Positions 19,692 to 28,387 of a stretch of 64,000 bases of DNA are shown here, in pieces. The position numbers and the translations under genes were made by a program. Numbering within the stretch: position 1 is the first letter of the stretch; every line of letters begins with the position of its first letter. A model generated the notes under the pieces. The model was not told where the DNA came from, made no database searches, and saw nothing but the letters and a program-made list of their open reading frames with translations. Source of the DNA: Chthoniobacterales bacterium (lineage in GTDB: Bacteria > Verrucomicrobiota > Verrucomicrobiia > Chthoniobacterales > DYNR01); contig JAOAAX010000002.1 in NCBI GenBank assembly GCA_026418675.1, positions 12,719 through 76,718 of the forward strand, read 5' to 3'.

Positions 19692-21416
19692 TTACCGCAA
19701 CGTGTTTTTGGTGCAAAATGGGCTAACACGTTGGACACGAGGCCCAAGTGAAGTAAAAACATGCCACGGTATTGTAGATGCCCAGGTTGCAAATTCATTT
19801 GCTGTAATTTCGTCGTCCCCATCACGACCAAGAAGCACCGCAACATCGCCAGGTTGGACATCCCCCGAGTCCGTCACATCCACAAGAATCTGGTCCATCG
19901 TTACTCTGCCAATAACTGGACAACGTTGTCCTTTTATTAAAACTTGAGCAGTTCCACTGCGGATTTGGCGAAAAAATCCGTCGGCATAACCTACGGCAAG
20001 AATAGCTATCCGGCTTTTGCGTCGCGTCACAAACTCTCCTCCGTAGCTAATCCTCCGACCTGGTGGATGTTCGCGGACTATCAAAACCTTAGCTCGCCAC
20101 TCCATTGCCGGCCTTAGAGACACACTTTTCCCTCCACTTTCCTTATTACCGTTGAAAGGGGTAATCCCATAGAGCATCAACCCTGGGCGAACAAGATCGA
20201 AAGCATATTTTGGATAGCGTAGCAAACCAGCGCTATTGAGTGCATGTAATCGAACATTCGGAAATTCTCTCCGCAAATGTGCTTCGACACTTGCGAACCA
20301 GTTAAGTTGTTCGAGCGTATAAGCTTCATCCTCATCTGCTGAGCTAAGATGGGTCGAAATCATTTCAACCTTAACCCAATCGAGACCACGAACCATTTGA
20401 AGTTGCTCTAATGCTTCCTCTCGCCATGCTCCCAAGCGTCCCATGCCTGTATCAATTTTGAAGTGCACACGACAAGGAGAAGATACTCCCTCCGCAATTT
20501 TTGAATAAAATTCGGTTTCTTTAAAACTGGACACTGTGACAACAAAATTGCGCTCGACGGCGATTTGGCGTTCCTCAGGTAGACAGGGGCTAAGTAGCAG
20601 GAAGTCGGGCTTCCAACCGCTGTCAGTCCGTTCAATTGCCTCCTGAAGTTCTATTGCTTCTGCCAAACATGCCATTCCAAAAATGTCTGCAAGACCGCGA
20701 AGTGCTAATGCCACACGCAAAGCACCATGTCCGTAGGCATCAGCTTTCAAAACTGGCAACAAGCCAGCAGGTGATGCCAACTCTAGGGCTAGTTTGGCGT
20801 TATGCCGTATCGCTTTTTCGTCCACCTCCACCCAGCTACGACAAGGGGGAAAATATAAGTTTTTTTCGATATTATTATCTTTTTTTGAAAATTGAAGGAT
20901 AATCTCTGCTGCTTCGCTTATTGAGTCGCATACGAAGTCTGCAAGGAAACGTGCACTTTTTTCTGTTCGATTTCCATATCCTGTTCTTACTAACAAAGTG
21001 CGCAGGCCTGCATTTCTTCCGCAAAGGAGATCTGCTTCCTTGTCACCTACTAACCAGGAGCGATTTAGATCGAGATTTAGCTCTATTGCGGCTTCTTCGA
21101 GCATGCCAGTGTTAGGTTTTCTGCGAGGGGAAGGTTTTGTTGGAGGATCAGGGCACATGTAAGCCGCATCGAGTTCTCCCTCGATTTGCCGTAGGAACTC
21201 TGCATGCACGGATTCATATTCAGAATAACTGAAAAGCCCTCGCCCAATACCGCTTTGATTCGTTACTAAAACGCAAACTAAACCAGCTTTACGTAACTTA
21301 CGCAAAGCAGCCGTTACACCAGGGAAAACATGGACGTCTTTCGGATTGCGACAGTAGTGGACTTCGTGCATCAGCGTTCCGTCCCGATCGAAAAAAACAG
21401 CCGCGTGACTGTTCAT
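19692..21416 (-). CDS. alr: Fusion protein: N-terminal HAD-IIIA phosphatase (GmhB/histidinol-phosphatase-like) + C-terminal alanine racemase
   Basis: N-terminal motifs are FFDRDGTL, VTNQSGIGRG, RKPNTGM and VGDKEADLLCGRNAG. From ~residue 190 the motifs are VLKADAYGHGA (PLP Lys) and the full Alr fold to the C-terminal SLGPRVQRV. The 574 codons form one uninterrupted frame. Confidence 0.85.
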   Translation of the reverse strand: MNSHAAVFFDRDGTLMHEVHYCRNPKDVHVFPGVTAALRKLRKAGLVCVLVTNQSGIGRGLFSYSEYESVHAEFLRQIEGELDAAYMCPDPPTKPSPRRKPNTGMLEEAAIELNLDLNRSWLVGDKEADLLCGRNAGLRTLLVRTGYGNRTEKSARFLADFVCDSISEAAEIILQFSKKDNNIEKNLYFPPCRSWVEVDEKAIRHNAKLALELASPAGLLPVLKADAYGHGALRVALALRGLADIFGMACLAEAIELQEAIERTDSGWKPDFLLLSPCLPEERQIAVERNFVVTVSSFKETEFYSKIAEGVSSPCRVHFKIDTGMGRLGAWREEALEQLQMVRGLDWVKVEMISTHLSSADEDEAYTLEQLNWFASVEAHLRREFPNVRLHALNSAGLLRYPKYAFDLVRPGLMLYGITPFNGNKESGGKSVSLRPAMEWRAKVLIVREHPPGRRISYGGEFVTRRKSRIAILAVGYADGFFRQIRSGTAQVLIKGQRCPVIGRVTMDQILVDVTDSGDVQPGDVAVLLGRDGDDEITANEFATWASTIPWHVFTSLGPRVQRVSPFCTKNTLR

Positions 21417-22633
21417 TTGTTCAAAATGTTTAGCGCTGTAGCGATGTCTATGGCTCTTTGTAATGTCCGGTCAATTATTGGCACTACTATTTTCCCTGCA
21501 ACTTCCTCTTCCAATTCTGGATTCGTATTGTTGGCAAGGGCCGATTCGTTGAAGCGGGGACGTTCCTTTTCCTCCACTACCGCGGCTATTCCCTGGGATG
21601 CCATTTTCCTTAATTGAAGAGAAATTTCCTCATTAGGTTGTGGCAATTCCAGGTCGGGATTTATCCCAACAGGGAAAATTTTTTGTCCAGAGGGAAGAAC
21701 AGCTTCGGAGGAAGCTACCTGGAGCAGAATTGTTTCTCCAAGAGGAAGCGGAACAAATTCAACCGCAATTCCCGCTGTTCTTTCCCCTATAAGCAGAGCA
21801 AACGCCGCTTCGCGTAAACAGCCAGCCAGAACTTCACTGGCTCCTCCAGTGCGCTGATCAATTAATACGAAAATTTTACCATTAAAAAGCGGGGACTGGC
21901 TTGAAGCAAAAATCCTTTCTTGTTTTGCAGAAGGTTTTTCCATGCGGAAAAGGACAACACCCTGAGGAGCAAAACGACGTGCAAATTCCGCCGCGATCTC
22001 AAAATCCGCACAATAACCTACTGAACGCAAATCTAAGATCAGTGAAAGGACCTTTTTGTCTGCAAACTGCCCCAAAACTGCATCCATCTGAGACAAATCT
22101 TCCCGACTCAATTTGGAGGGACGAATATAAGCTATCTTTTCGTCTAAAATTTCAGCATGAAAAGGTAAAGGCTCGCTTTCCTTAACAGGAGCGAGCTCAG
22201 AGGTCTGGATAAAACGAATTCCCTTTCCAAGGCGACAAAAAAGACCTTCGACCAGGGCGCGGCGCTGAGCCCTATCATTGACTGCCTGTGGTTGAACGTA
22301 ATTCTGCCTAACAAACGTCAACAGTTTTTCTATGCTGTCATCACTTAACAAGGAGACAATTTCCTGGGAACTGGCTTGTTGATAATTTTGTTTGGTAAGT
22401 TGAATGGGATCAGTTTGAACTGGGACAGCTTTATCACTTGGTTGTGCGGAGGGATCTGAACGAATTGTTTGCGTTGTTTTAAAAGGAGCACTTTCCAGAC
22501 CGCTAGAATCTTTTAGTTCGGATGTCTGGTTTGCTTGACCTACCTGAGGCGGGGTTAAAAGTTGGGCAAACGACGTCAAGCAAGAAATCGCAAAAAAAAC
22601 TAAAAAAAATACCTTATTATCCTTTAATTGCAT
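21413..22633 (-). CDS. Secreted S41 (C-terminal processing) peptidase-like protein
   Basis: The signal peptide is MQLKDNKVFFLVFFAISCLTSFA. The S41-like core is ILDLRS...VLIDQRTGGASEVLAGCL...GERTAG. The stop overlaps the alr-fusion start (ATGA). Confidence 0.6.
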   Translation of the reverse strand: MQLKDNKVFFLVFFAISCLTSFAQLLTPPQVGQANQTSELKDSSGLESAPFKTTQTIRSDPSAQPSDKAVPVQTDPIQLTKQNYQQASSQEIVSLLSDDSIEKLLTFVRQNYVQPQAVNDRAQRRALVEGLFCRLGKGIRFIQTSELAPVKESEPLPFHAEILDEKIAYIRPSKLSREDLSQMDAVLGQFADKKVLSLILDLRSVGYCADFEIAAEFARRFAPQGVVLFRMEKPSAKQERIFASSQSPLFNGKIFVLIDQRTGGASEVLAGCLREAAFALLIGERTAGIAVEFVPLPLGETILLQVASSEAVLPSGQKIFPVGINPDLELPQPNEEISLQLRKMASQGIAAVVEEKERPRFNESALANNTNPELEEEVAGKIVVPIIDRTLQRAIDIATALNILNK

Positions 22634-22635
22634 GT

Positions 22636-23895
22636 TTATACAACGCCAATGTCTCGGCGATAGAACATTCCTTCGAAATGAATTTCTTCCGCAGCGCGAT
22701 AAACTACTTCTCGTGCTTGCTGAAGGCTGTCTGCAACGGCGCTAATTCCCAATACTCTTCCTCCAGATGTGACAAGTTGGCCATTTTCAAAAGTTGTTCC
22801 TGCATGAAAAATTTCAACGCTTGGCAGCTTAACTGCTTTTTCGAGTCCGAAGATTGGAAGGCCGCGCCGATAGTTTCCAGGGTATCCGCCAGATGCCAAT
22901 ATCAAACAGATAGCATGAGCGTCTAAAAAAGAGATATTAATATCAGAAATATTGCCATTAGCGGTTGCAAAAAGCGCATATGCAAAATCGCCTTTGATCA
23001 GACGAACGAGTGATTGGGTTTCGGGATCGCCAAACCTCACGTTAAACTCGAGGACTTTTGGTCCCTCCTTAGTAATCATTAGTCCTGGGAATAACAAACC
23101 TCGAAATTCGATTTTGTCCTTCTGCAAGCCAATCAAAAACCGGTCGAGGATTTCTTTGCAAATGTGAGCGCGGGTTTGCTCGGTGAGTGCGCCTGAGGGG
23201 GCGATTGTTCCCATTCCACCAGTGTTTGGTCCGGTGTTACCGTCGAAGGCACGCTTATGGTCCCGGGCATCAGGGAAGAGGAGATAGCGATGCCCATCAA
23301 CAAGGGCATGAATTGAACACTCTATACCCTCTAGAAATTCTTCGATGACAACTTGTTCTCCAGCAGAGCCAAAGACTTTATCAACCATAAAATCAGCTAG
23401 CGTTTTTTCAGCCTCGGATAGGGTTTGGCAAATTCGCACTCCTTTTCCTAACGCTAAGCCGTCAGCTTTTATAACGTAAGGAGGCTTGTTCTTGCGGCAA
23501 TAATCCATTGCCTCTTCTGGGTTGAGAAAAGACCTGTGCCTTGCACAGGGAATTCCATGCCGGAGCATGAACTCTTTTGCGTAAGTTTTAGAGGATTCGA
23601 TCAGAGCAGCTTTTCTCCCTGGGCCGAAGCAAGGGAATCCTTCCTGACGGAGTAAATCTGAAAGACCTAGCGCCAATGGATCATCTGGTCCTATAACAAC
23701 TAAATCTGGTTTTTCTTCTTTTGCTAAGGAGCAAATGGCTTTGAGGTCAGTTGCGGCGATTGGAATGCACCGAGCAAGATTCGAAATTCCAGCATTTCCA
23801 GGAGCGCAAACTATTTCGGTTACATCTCGCGATTGTTTCAGCTTCCAGGCGAGTGCATGTTCTCGCCCACCACCTCCAACAAGAAGAATTTTCAT
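22636..23895 (-). CDS. purD: Phosphoribosylamine-glycine ligase
   Basis: MKILLVGGGGREHALAWKL is present, with the ATP-grasp core collinear with PurD along the full length. Confidence 0.93.
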   Translation of the reverse strand: MKILLVGGGGREHALAWKLKQSRDVTEIVCAPGNAGISNLARCIPIAATDLKAICSLAKEEKPDLVVIGPDDPLALGLSDLLRQEGFPCFGPGRKAALIESSKTYAKEFMLRHGIPCARHRSFLNPEEAMDYCRKNKPPYVIKADGLALGKGVRICQTLSEAEKTLADFMVDKVFGSAGEQVVIEEFLEGIECSIHALVDGHRYLLFPDARDHKRAFDGNTGPNTGGMGTIAPSGALTEQTRAHICKEILDRFLIGLQKDKIEFRGLLFPGLMITKEGPKVLEFNVRFGDPETQSLVRLIKGDFAYALFATANGNISDINISFLDAHAICLILASGGYPGNYRRGLPIFGLEKAVKLPSVEIFHAGTTFENGQLVTSGGRVLGISAVADSLQQAREVVYRAAEEIHFEGMFYRRDIGVV

Positions 23896-24854
23896 TCGGC
23901 TGCTTTTGCAGGAAGAGTGATTTCTAATAATTCTGGTTGGGAGTCAGAAGTAAGCTCAAAGCTGATAGGAAGGTCGAGTTTAGGTGGCAAAAGGACGAAC
24001 GTTCCTGCTTTGTAGTGATTTGCTCCGATGCAGATTTTTCCGCTTACCACCAACCAAATTGCAAATTGCTTACTGAGAAATTCCGGTAAGCTGAAGGGAG
24101 GGCGTTTACGCTCAACTCGAAAATAAGGGCAGTCTGCAATTACACGAACATTAGAATCTTGGAGGTTTGGCGTAAAATCGTTGAAGTTAATGGAAGCCAA
24201 TGATTGCGAAATGTGAAGTTCGCGGGGCTTTCCGTCGAGACCAACTCGGTTCCAGTCGTAAACCCTGTAAGTTGTATCGCTGTTTTGCTGGATTTCGGCG
24301 ATGACATTTCCGGCACCAATTGCGTGAACCCTCCCACTAGGTATAAAAATACTTTTGCCTACAGAGACGGGAATTCGCTGTAAAGCTTCCTCGAGTTTTC
24401 CTTCTTCCAGCAAGTTGAGAAATTTTTCCTTGGTAATACCCCTCTGTAAACCGGCATAAATGCAAGCATCTTTGGAACAATCTAAAAATATCCAAACCTC
24501 TGTTTTTGGTTCTCCTGAGAGTTCTTTAGCTTTTTCAGGAGGAGGGTGAACCTGGACGGAAAGTTTTTCTCGTGCATCGAGCAACTTGACAAGAAGAGGA
24601 AAACGCCCTGCGGGATAGTCCCGATAAATTTCTCCGAAAACCTCCACTCGATGATTTGACCAAAGGTCATTTAATGTTTTGCCTTTGAAATTTTCGCTAG
24701 TGACAATTGATTGAGCTTCGGGGCGATCGCAGATTTCCCAAGATTCTCCGATAGGCAAATCGGGTGGTAGAGGTTTTTGGAAAAGCGTTTCCAGGCTTCT
24801 TCCTCCCCATACACGAACTTGGAAGATCGGTTGAAAAATAAGCGGTAAAGACAT
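23892..24854 (-). CDS. manA: Type I phosphomannose isomerase (cupin)
   Basis: RVWGG, LSVQVHP and the HAIGAGNVIAEIQQNSDTTYRVYDW motifs are present. The stop overlaps the purD start (ATGA). Confidence 0.82.
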   Translation of the reverse strand: MSLPLIFQPIFQVRVWGGRSLETLFQKPLPPDLPIGESWEICDRPEAQSIVTSENFKGKTLNDLWSNHRVEVFGEIYRDYPAGRFPLLVKLLDAREKLSVQVHPPPEKAKELSGEPKTEVWIFLDCSKDACIYAGLQRGITKEKFLNLLEEGKLEEALQRIPVSVGKSIFIPSGRVHAIGAGNVIAEIQQNSDTTYRVYDWNRVGLDGKPRELHISQSLASINFNDFTPNLQDSNVRVIADCPYFRVERKRPPFSLPEFLSKQFAIWLVVSGKICIGANHYKAGTFVLLPPKLDLPISFELTSDSQPELLEITLPAKAAE

Positions 24855-24889
24855 TCTAGTCTGAAGAAATCGTTTTGAATGAACTGGCT

Positions 24890-25441
24890 TTAATTTTGCT
24901 CGTCCTCATCCGAGGGGTTTTCATCCTCTTCAATATCCTCATTTTGTTCTTCAGGCTCTTCTTCGGTAGGTAATTGTTGCTGGGATTGTGGAGATTCAGG
25001 TTTATTTTCAGTTATTTTACTTAAAATCTCGGACATATCTTGAACACAATCCCATACTTTTCTACTGACGTAGATTGGAGCTCCCTGCTGTGATGCAAGG
25101 GCAATACAGTCGCTTGGTCGTGCATCCAGTTCTACTAATTTCAATTCCTGAATTTCGTTTTCAGCGCTGAGTATCAACCGTGCATAGTAAGTTTCATTTT
25201 GGATGTCATTTACGATAATTCGCTCGACTTTAATGTTAAAGGCATGGAAGATCATGCCAATGAGGTCGTGCGTTAGTGGGCGGTTTTTCTTCTCCCCGTT
25301 AAGAGCCATGGAGATTGCCTGCCCAACAAAATTGTCCACATAGATAATGAAAGACTTCTCTTCGTTCCCTAGGAAGACTGCGCTGCCTTGGGGAGTGGGT
25401 AATACGGCCTGAACGCTAACTTGAATGACATCCTGTTTCAT
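24890..25441 (-). CDS. Bifunctional nuclease (DUF151/BFN) family protein with acidic C-terminal tail
   Basis: The RPLTHDL motif and surrounding BFN-like core are present. The last ~45 aa are Glu/Asp/Gln-rich. Confidence 0.65.
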   Translation of the reverse strand: MKQDVIQVSVQAVLPTPQGSAVFLGNEEKSFIIYVDNFVGQAISMALNGEKKNRPLTHDLIGMIFHAFNIKVERIIVNDIQNETYYARLILSAENEIQELKLVELDARPSDCIALASQQGAPIYVSRKVWDCVQDMSEILSKITENKPESPQSQQQLPTEEEPEEQNEDIEEDENPSDEDEQN

Positions 25442-25622
25442 AGCTAAAGACAGTCAACGATAAGTGCCAACTGGGTTTTTATCAGTTGGGATTAACAGTA
25501 AGAAGTCTTTCATTCTCCAATAATGATGGTGGTTACTGGAGCGGTCAATTTGGTTTGATGGAGACAATCCCAAAAAAGCTTGCCTATTAAAACGAGAAGT
25601 GGAAAGCCAAAGGAAAAGTTCG

Positions 25623-26516
25623 ATGCATATTGCTGACATTTTGACAGAACGCCGACCGACAATATCTTTTGAATTTTTTCCGCCGAAAAGTCCGGAAGCG
25701 ATGCAGCGGCTCTTCCAAACCATAGCGGAGCTGGCTCCTTTGAAGCCGGATTTCGTAAGTATTACTTATGGTGCAGGAGGATCAACACGCGAACTGACCA
25801 GGGAGTTGGTAGCTAAGATAAAAAAGGAAACAGAATTTGAGCCAATTCCTCACTTGACTTGCATTGGCCATAGGGGAGAAGAAATTTACGACATACTCGT
25901 CCGTTACAGTGAGTTGGGTATAAGCAATATTTTAGCATTGCGCGGAGATCCTCCAAAGGACCGAATAGGATATGACCATAGTAATGATGAATTTCCGCAT
26001 GCGATTGATTTAGTGAAGTTTATCCGAGCATTTCAGGGGCATCCAGACAAACGTGGGTTTGGAATTGGTGTTGCAGGATTCCCAGAGGGGCATCCAGCTA
26101 CACCTAATCGTCTTTTGGAGATGGAGTATCTAAAAGCAAAAGTGGATGCCGGGGCCGATTATATTTGCACGCAATTGTTTTTTGATAATCACGATTTTTT
26201 TGATTTTTGCGAGCGCTGTGAGCTTGCAGGTATTTCAGTGCCCATAATTGCTGGCATTATGCCTGTTACGAGCCTTTCTACAATGAGACGGATGGCTGAG
26301 CTAGCCGGTGGTTCTCGTTTTCCAGCGAAACTTTTGAGGCGGATTGCAGCCGCCGGTGACGACCCGTTTGCTGTAGAGAAAGTAGGGATTGAATATGCTG
26401 TCGAGCAATGCCGGGAATTGATCGAGAATTCTGTGGCTGGTTTGCACTTCTATACCCTCAATCAATCTAGTGCTACGCGGGAAATCTGTCGTCAGTTAAA
26501 TCTTCAGTTTAGGTAG
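25623..26516 (+). CDS. metF: 5,10-methylenetetrahydrofolate reductase
   Basis: SFEFFPPK, ITYGAGGSTR, LTCIG, LALRGDPP and TQLFFD motifs are present. ATG 25623 is preferred, but GTG 25599 is possible. Confidence 0.9.
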   Translation: MHIADILTERRPTISFEFFPPKSPEAMQRLFQTIAELAPLKPDFVSITYGAGGSTRELTRELVAKIKKETEFEPIPHLTCIGHRGEEIYDILVRYSELGISNILALRGDPPKDRIGYDHSNDEFPHAIDLVKFIRAFQGHPDKRGFGIGVAGFPEGHPATPNRLLEMEYLKAKVDAGADYICTQLFFDNHDFFDFCERCELAGISVPIIAGIMPVTSLSTMRRMAELAGGSRFPAKLLRRIAAAGDDPFAVEKVGIEYAVEQCRELIENSVAGLHFYTLNQSSATREICRQLNLQFR

Positions 26517-26588
26517 GATTTTTCTGGAACTATTGGGATTGGGTTGTGGTTGGTGTTTCAAATTCTATTTTTTTTTGCAGCCATGCAA

Positions 26589-28373
26589 TTAAAGCTTTTG
26601 CTTCCAGCTCCTTTGACCATTTTCCATTACCTTGCTCTTTGAGTATAATTTTAGAATTTCCGGAAAATTTGATCTCTTATTCTTGACTGTTTTGAAATGG
26701 TCTTCGAAGGAGGGAAGACGAAGATGGCTTTTAAAGCAATGACTTCTTGCCTCCTGGTTACTGGCTTCCCAATTCAAAAAGGAAATTATTTCTCCATTTA
26801 ACACAAAGTTTCCTGTATTGCGAGAAATGTATAAGTTATTTTCTAAAAACTAATTCTGTTTTTTACCTGGCCAAGAAGCAAAAATGCCAGTTTCGGGCAA
26901 GTAAATTATATTTGAAGCGAATCTACAGTTTGTTTCATTTTTATTAGAATAATCAAAAATTACGGCCGCTGATTTTTTCGAGGCTGTATTGAAACCGAGA
27001 ACATACTTTTTTGAATGATGACGTTTCGGTTTGCCTTTATTTTGGGATTGCGTGATATGGAAAGCCCAGGAATGAGAAGCTTTTTTGGGAAAGTCCGAGA
27101 GAATGTTTCCTTGGACAAGGCCAGAATCCCAATCTCGGATTTGAATTCCAAAGGAAATTTTTCGGTTTGTCGGGGAATTACGGCCAATAGAGAAGAATGC
27201 GTTGTTTAGAATGCGAATGTTTTTGTGCCTATAAGGGCCATCATAATAACCTCCGGCTGAGGTTCCGACTTCGCCTTCGACGAAGACGTTATCGCGGATG
27301 AGGTTATCTTCTAACAATCCTCTATGCCCCTGGGGGTTGGAAGTGACTTTATAACTATGCTGGAATGGCGAAGGAAAAAATTGTTTTGAATAAGGACCTT
27401 TTTAGCACCGGTAGAGGTTGTGGTTGAGCATTTGAGCTTGTCCACGTGAATTGTCACGCGGATTTTGGTTCTGATTATGGATTCTCCAACCATTGTGATT
27501 AAAAAGGCATTCCTCAATGAGGAATGAGGGGAAGGTTTTTGAAGCATGTCCAGCAAACCAAATTCCTTGACCGTGATAGCCGATTTGCCAGTTATTGATG
27601 AATTGGCTGCGTCGAATGATCAGTCTGTGGATCGGCTCGCCCCCTTCGTGCCCGGTTGTTATTTCGTTGCTTGCATAAGCAACAAAACGCAATCTTCAAT
27701 TAAGACGTCTTGAACGGTAAGAATTCTTGCTGGGGGCAGAGTTATAATTCTAAATCCTGGTTGCCCTTTTTCCGTGATATTTTATCCCAAAATTTGCTTT
27801 TATCGTCCCGGGTGTAGGACCAAAAGAAAATTCCAACAAGAGCAACGACAGGAGGAGAAGTGTCTCCCCATCCTTTCTGATGAACATTTGTCCGAATTTC
27901 CGGACGTGGGCCAATGCCGTAACTGATAGCAACGACTTGCTCAGATGCCGAGCGTCCTCTAGCTCCATTTAAATTTAGCCACTCGTTCCAATAACTTCCA
28001 CAACGAAGCAAAAGCCAATCTGGATAGTTAGGTCTAATGTGCTTTGAGGCTTCAGAAAGGCTTCGGAAAGGTTGAATGGGATGATTGGGATGATTGGGAT
28101 GGCGGGGATTTTCCCCGATTTCTAAGCTATCGGGGGAGTGAATCCGTGCGGTGAGGTCACTTCCATTTTTCGAATCAAGATCAATTAAGCGTGAGTCTTG
28201 AGATGGCTGGTGCGAGCTCCACCCATCACGATTGCGAGGTGGCGGGGGTGAAATCTTCGCTTCTCAGAAAAGCTTCTTCAGTAAAGTGTTCAATAACATT
28301 TCCTTGGCCAATGGAGCTTTGAACTACAAAAAAATGCAGAAGGAGAACAAACGAAGAGAGGAAAAAGCGTCAA
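26589..28373 (-). pseudogene. Decayed gene for a secreted right-handed beta-helix (pectate-lyase-fold-like) protein
   Basis: A signal-peptide-like start (TTG 28373: LTLFPLFVCSPSAFFCSS) leads into beta-helix-like segments (ILTVQDVLIEDC, IIRRSQFINNWQIGYHGQGIWF, LEDNLIRDNVFVEG, IRILNNAFFS) spread over at least 5 different frame segments. There is also an in-frame TAG at 26850-26852 (..WPGKKQN*FLENNLYISRN..). Confidence 0.8.
28078..28104. repeat. Short tandem 9-mer repeat (gggatgatt x2 + gggatggcg)
   Basis: Read directly from the sequence. It encodes HPNHPNHP in the pseudogene frame. Confidence 0.7.
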
Positions 28374-28387
28374 TTTCCTACCTATTT

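Noticed and set aside
25442-25622. Possible riboswitch or leader upstream of metF. I applied the same idea to an FMN element before ribBA (52876-52916) and an M-box before mgtE (51338-51456).
   Set aside because: I could not recognise any conserved riboswitch core motifs. The ribBA and mgtE upstream regions are too short (41 and ~120 nt, the latter a shared divergent promoter). The 25.4-25.6 kb region shows only a 7-bp hairpin (ccaactg...cagttgg) with no T-tract.
26850-26852. In-frame TAG inside the beta-helix gene as a possible recoding event (stop read-through or pyrrolysine).
   Set aside because: The same gene carries several frameshifts upstream, so simple gene decay explains it. No recoding context or machinery is visible.
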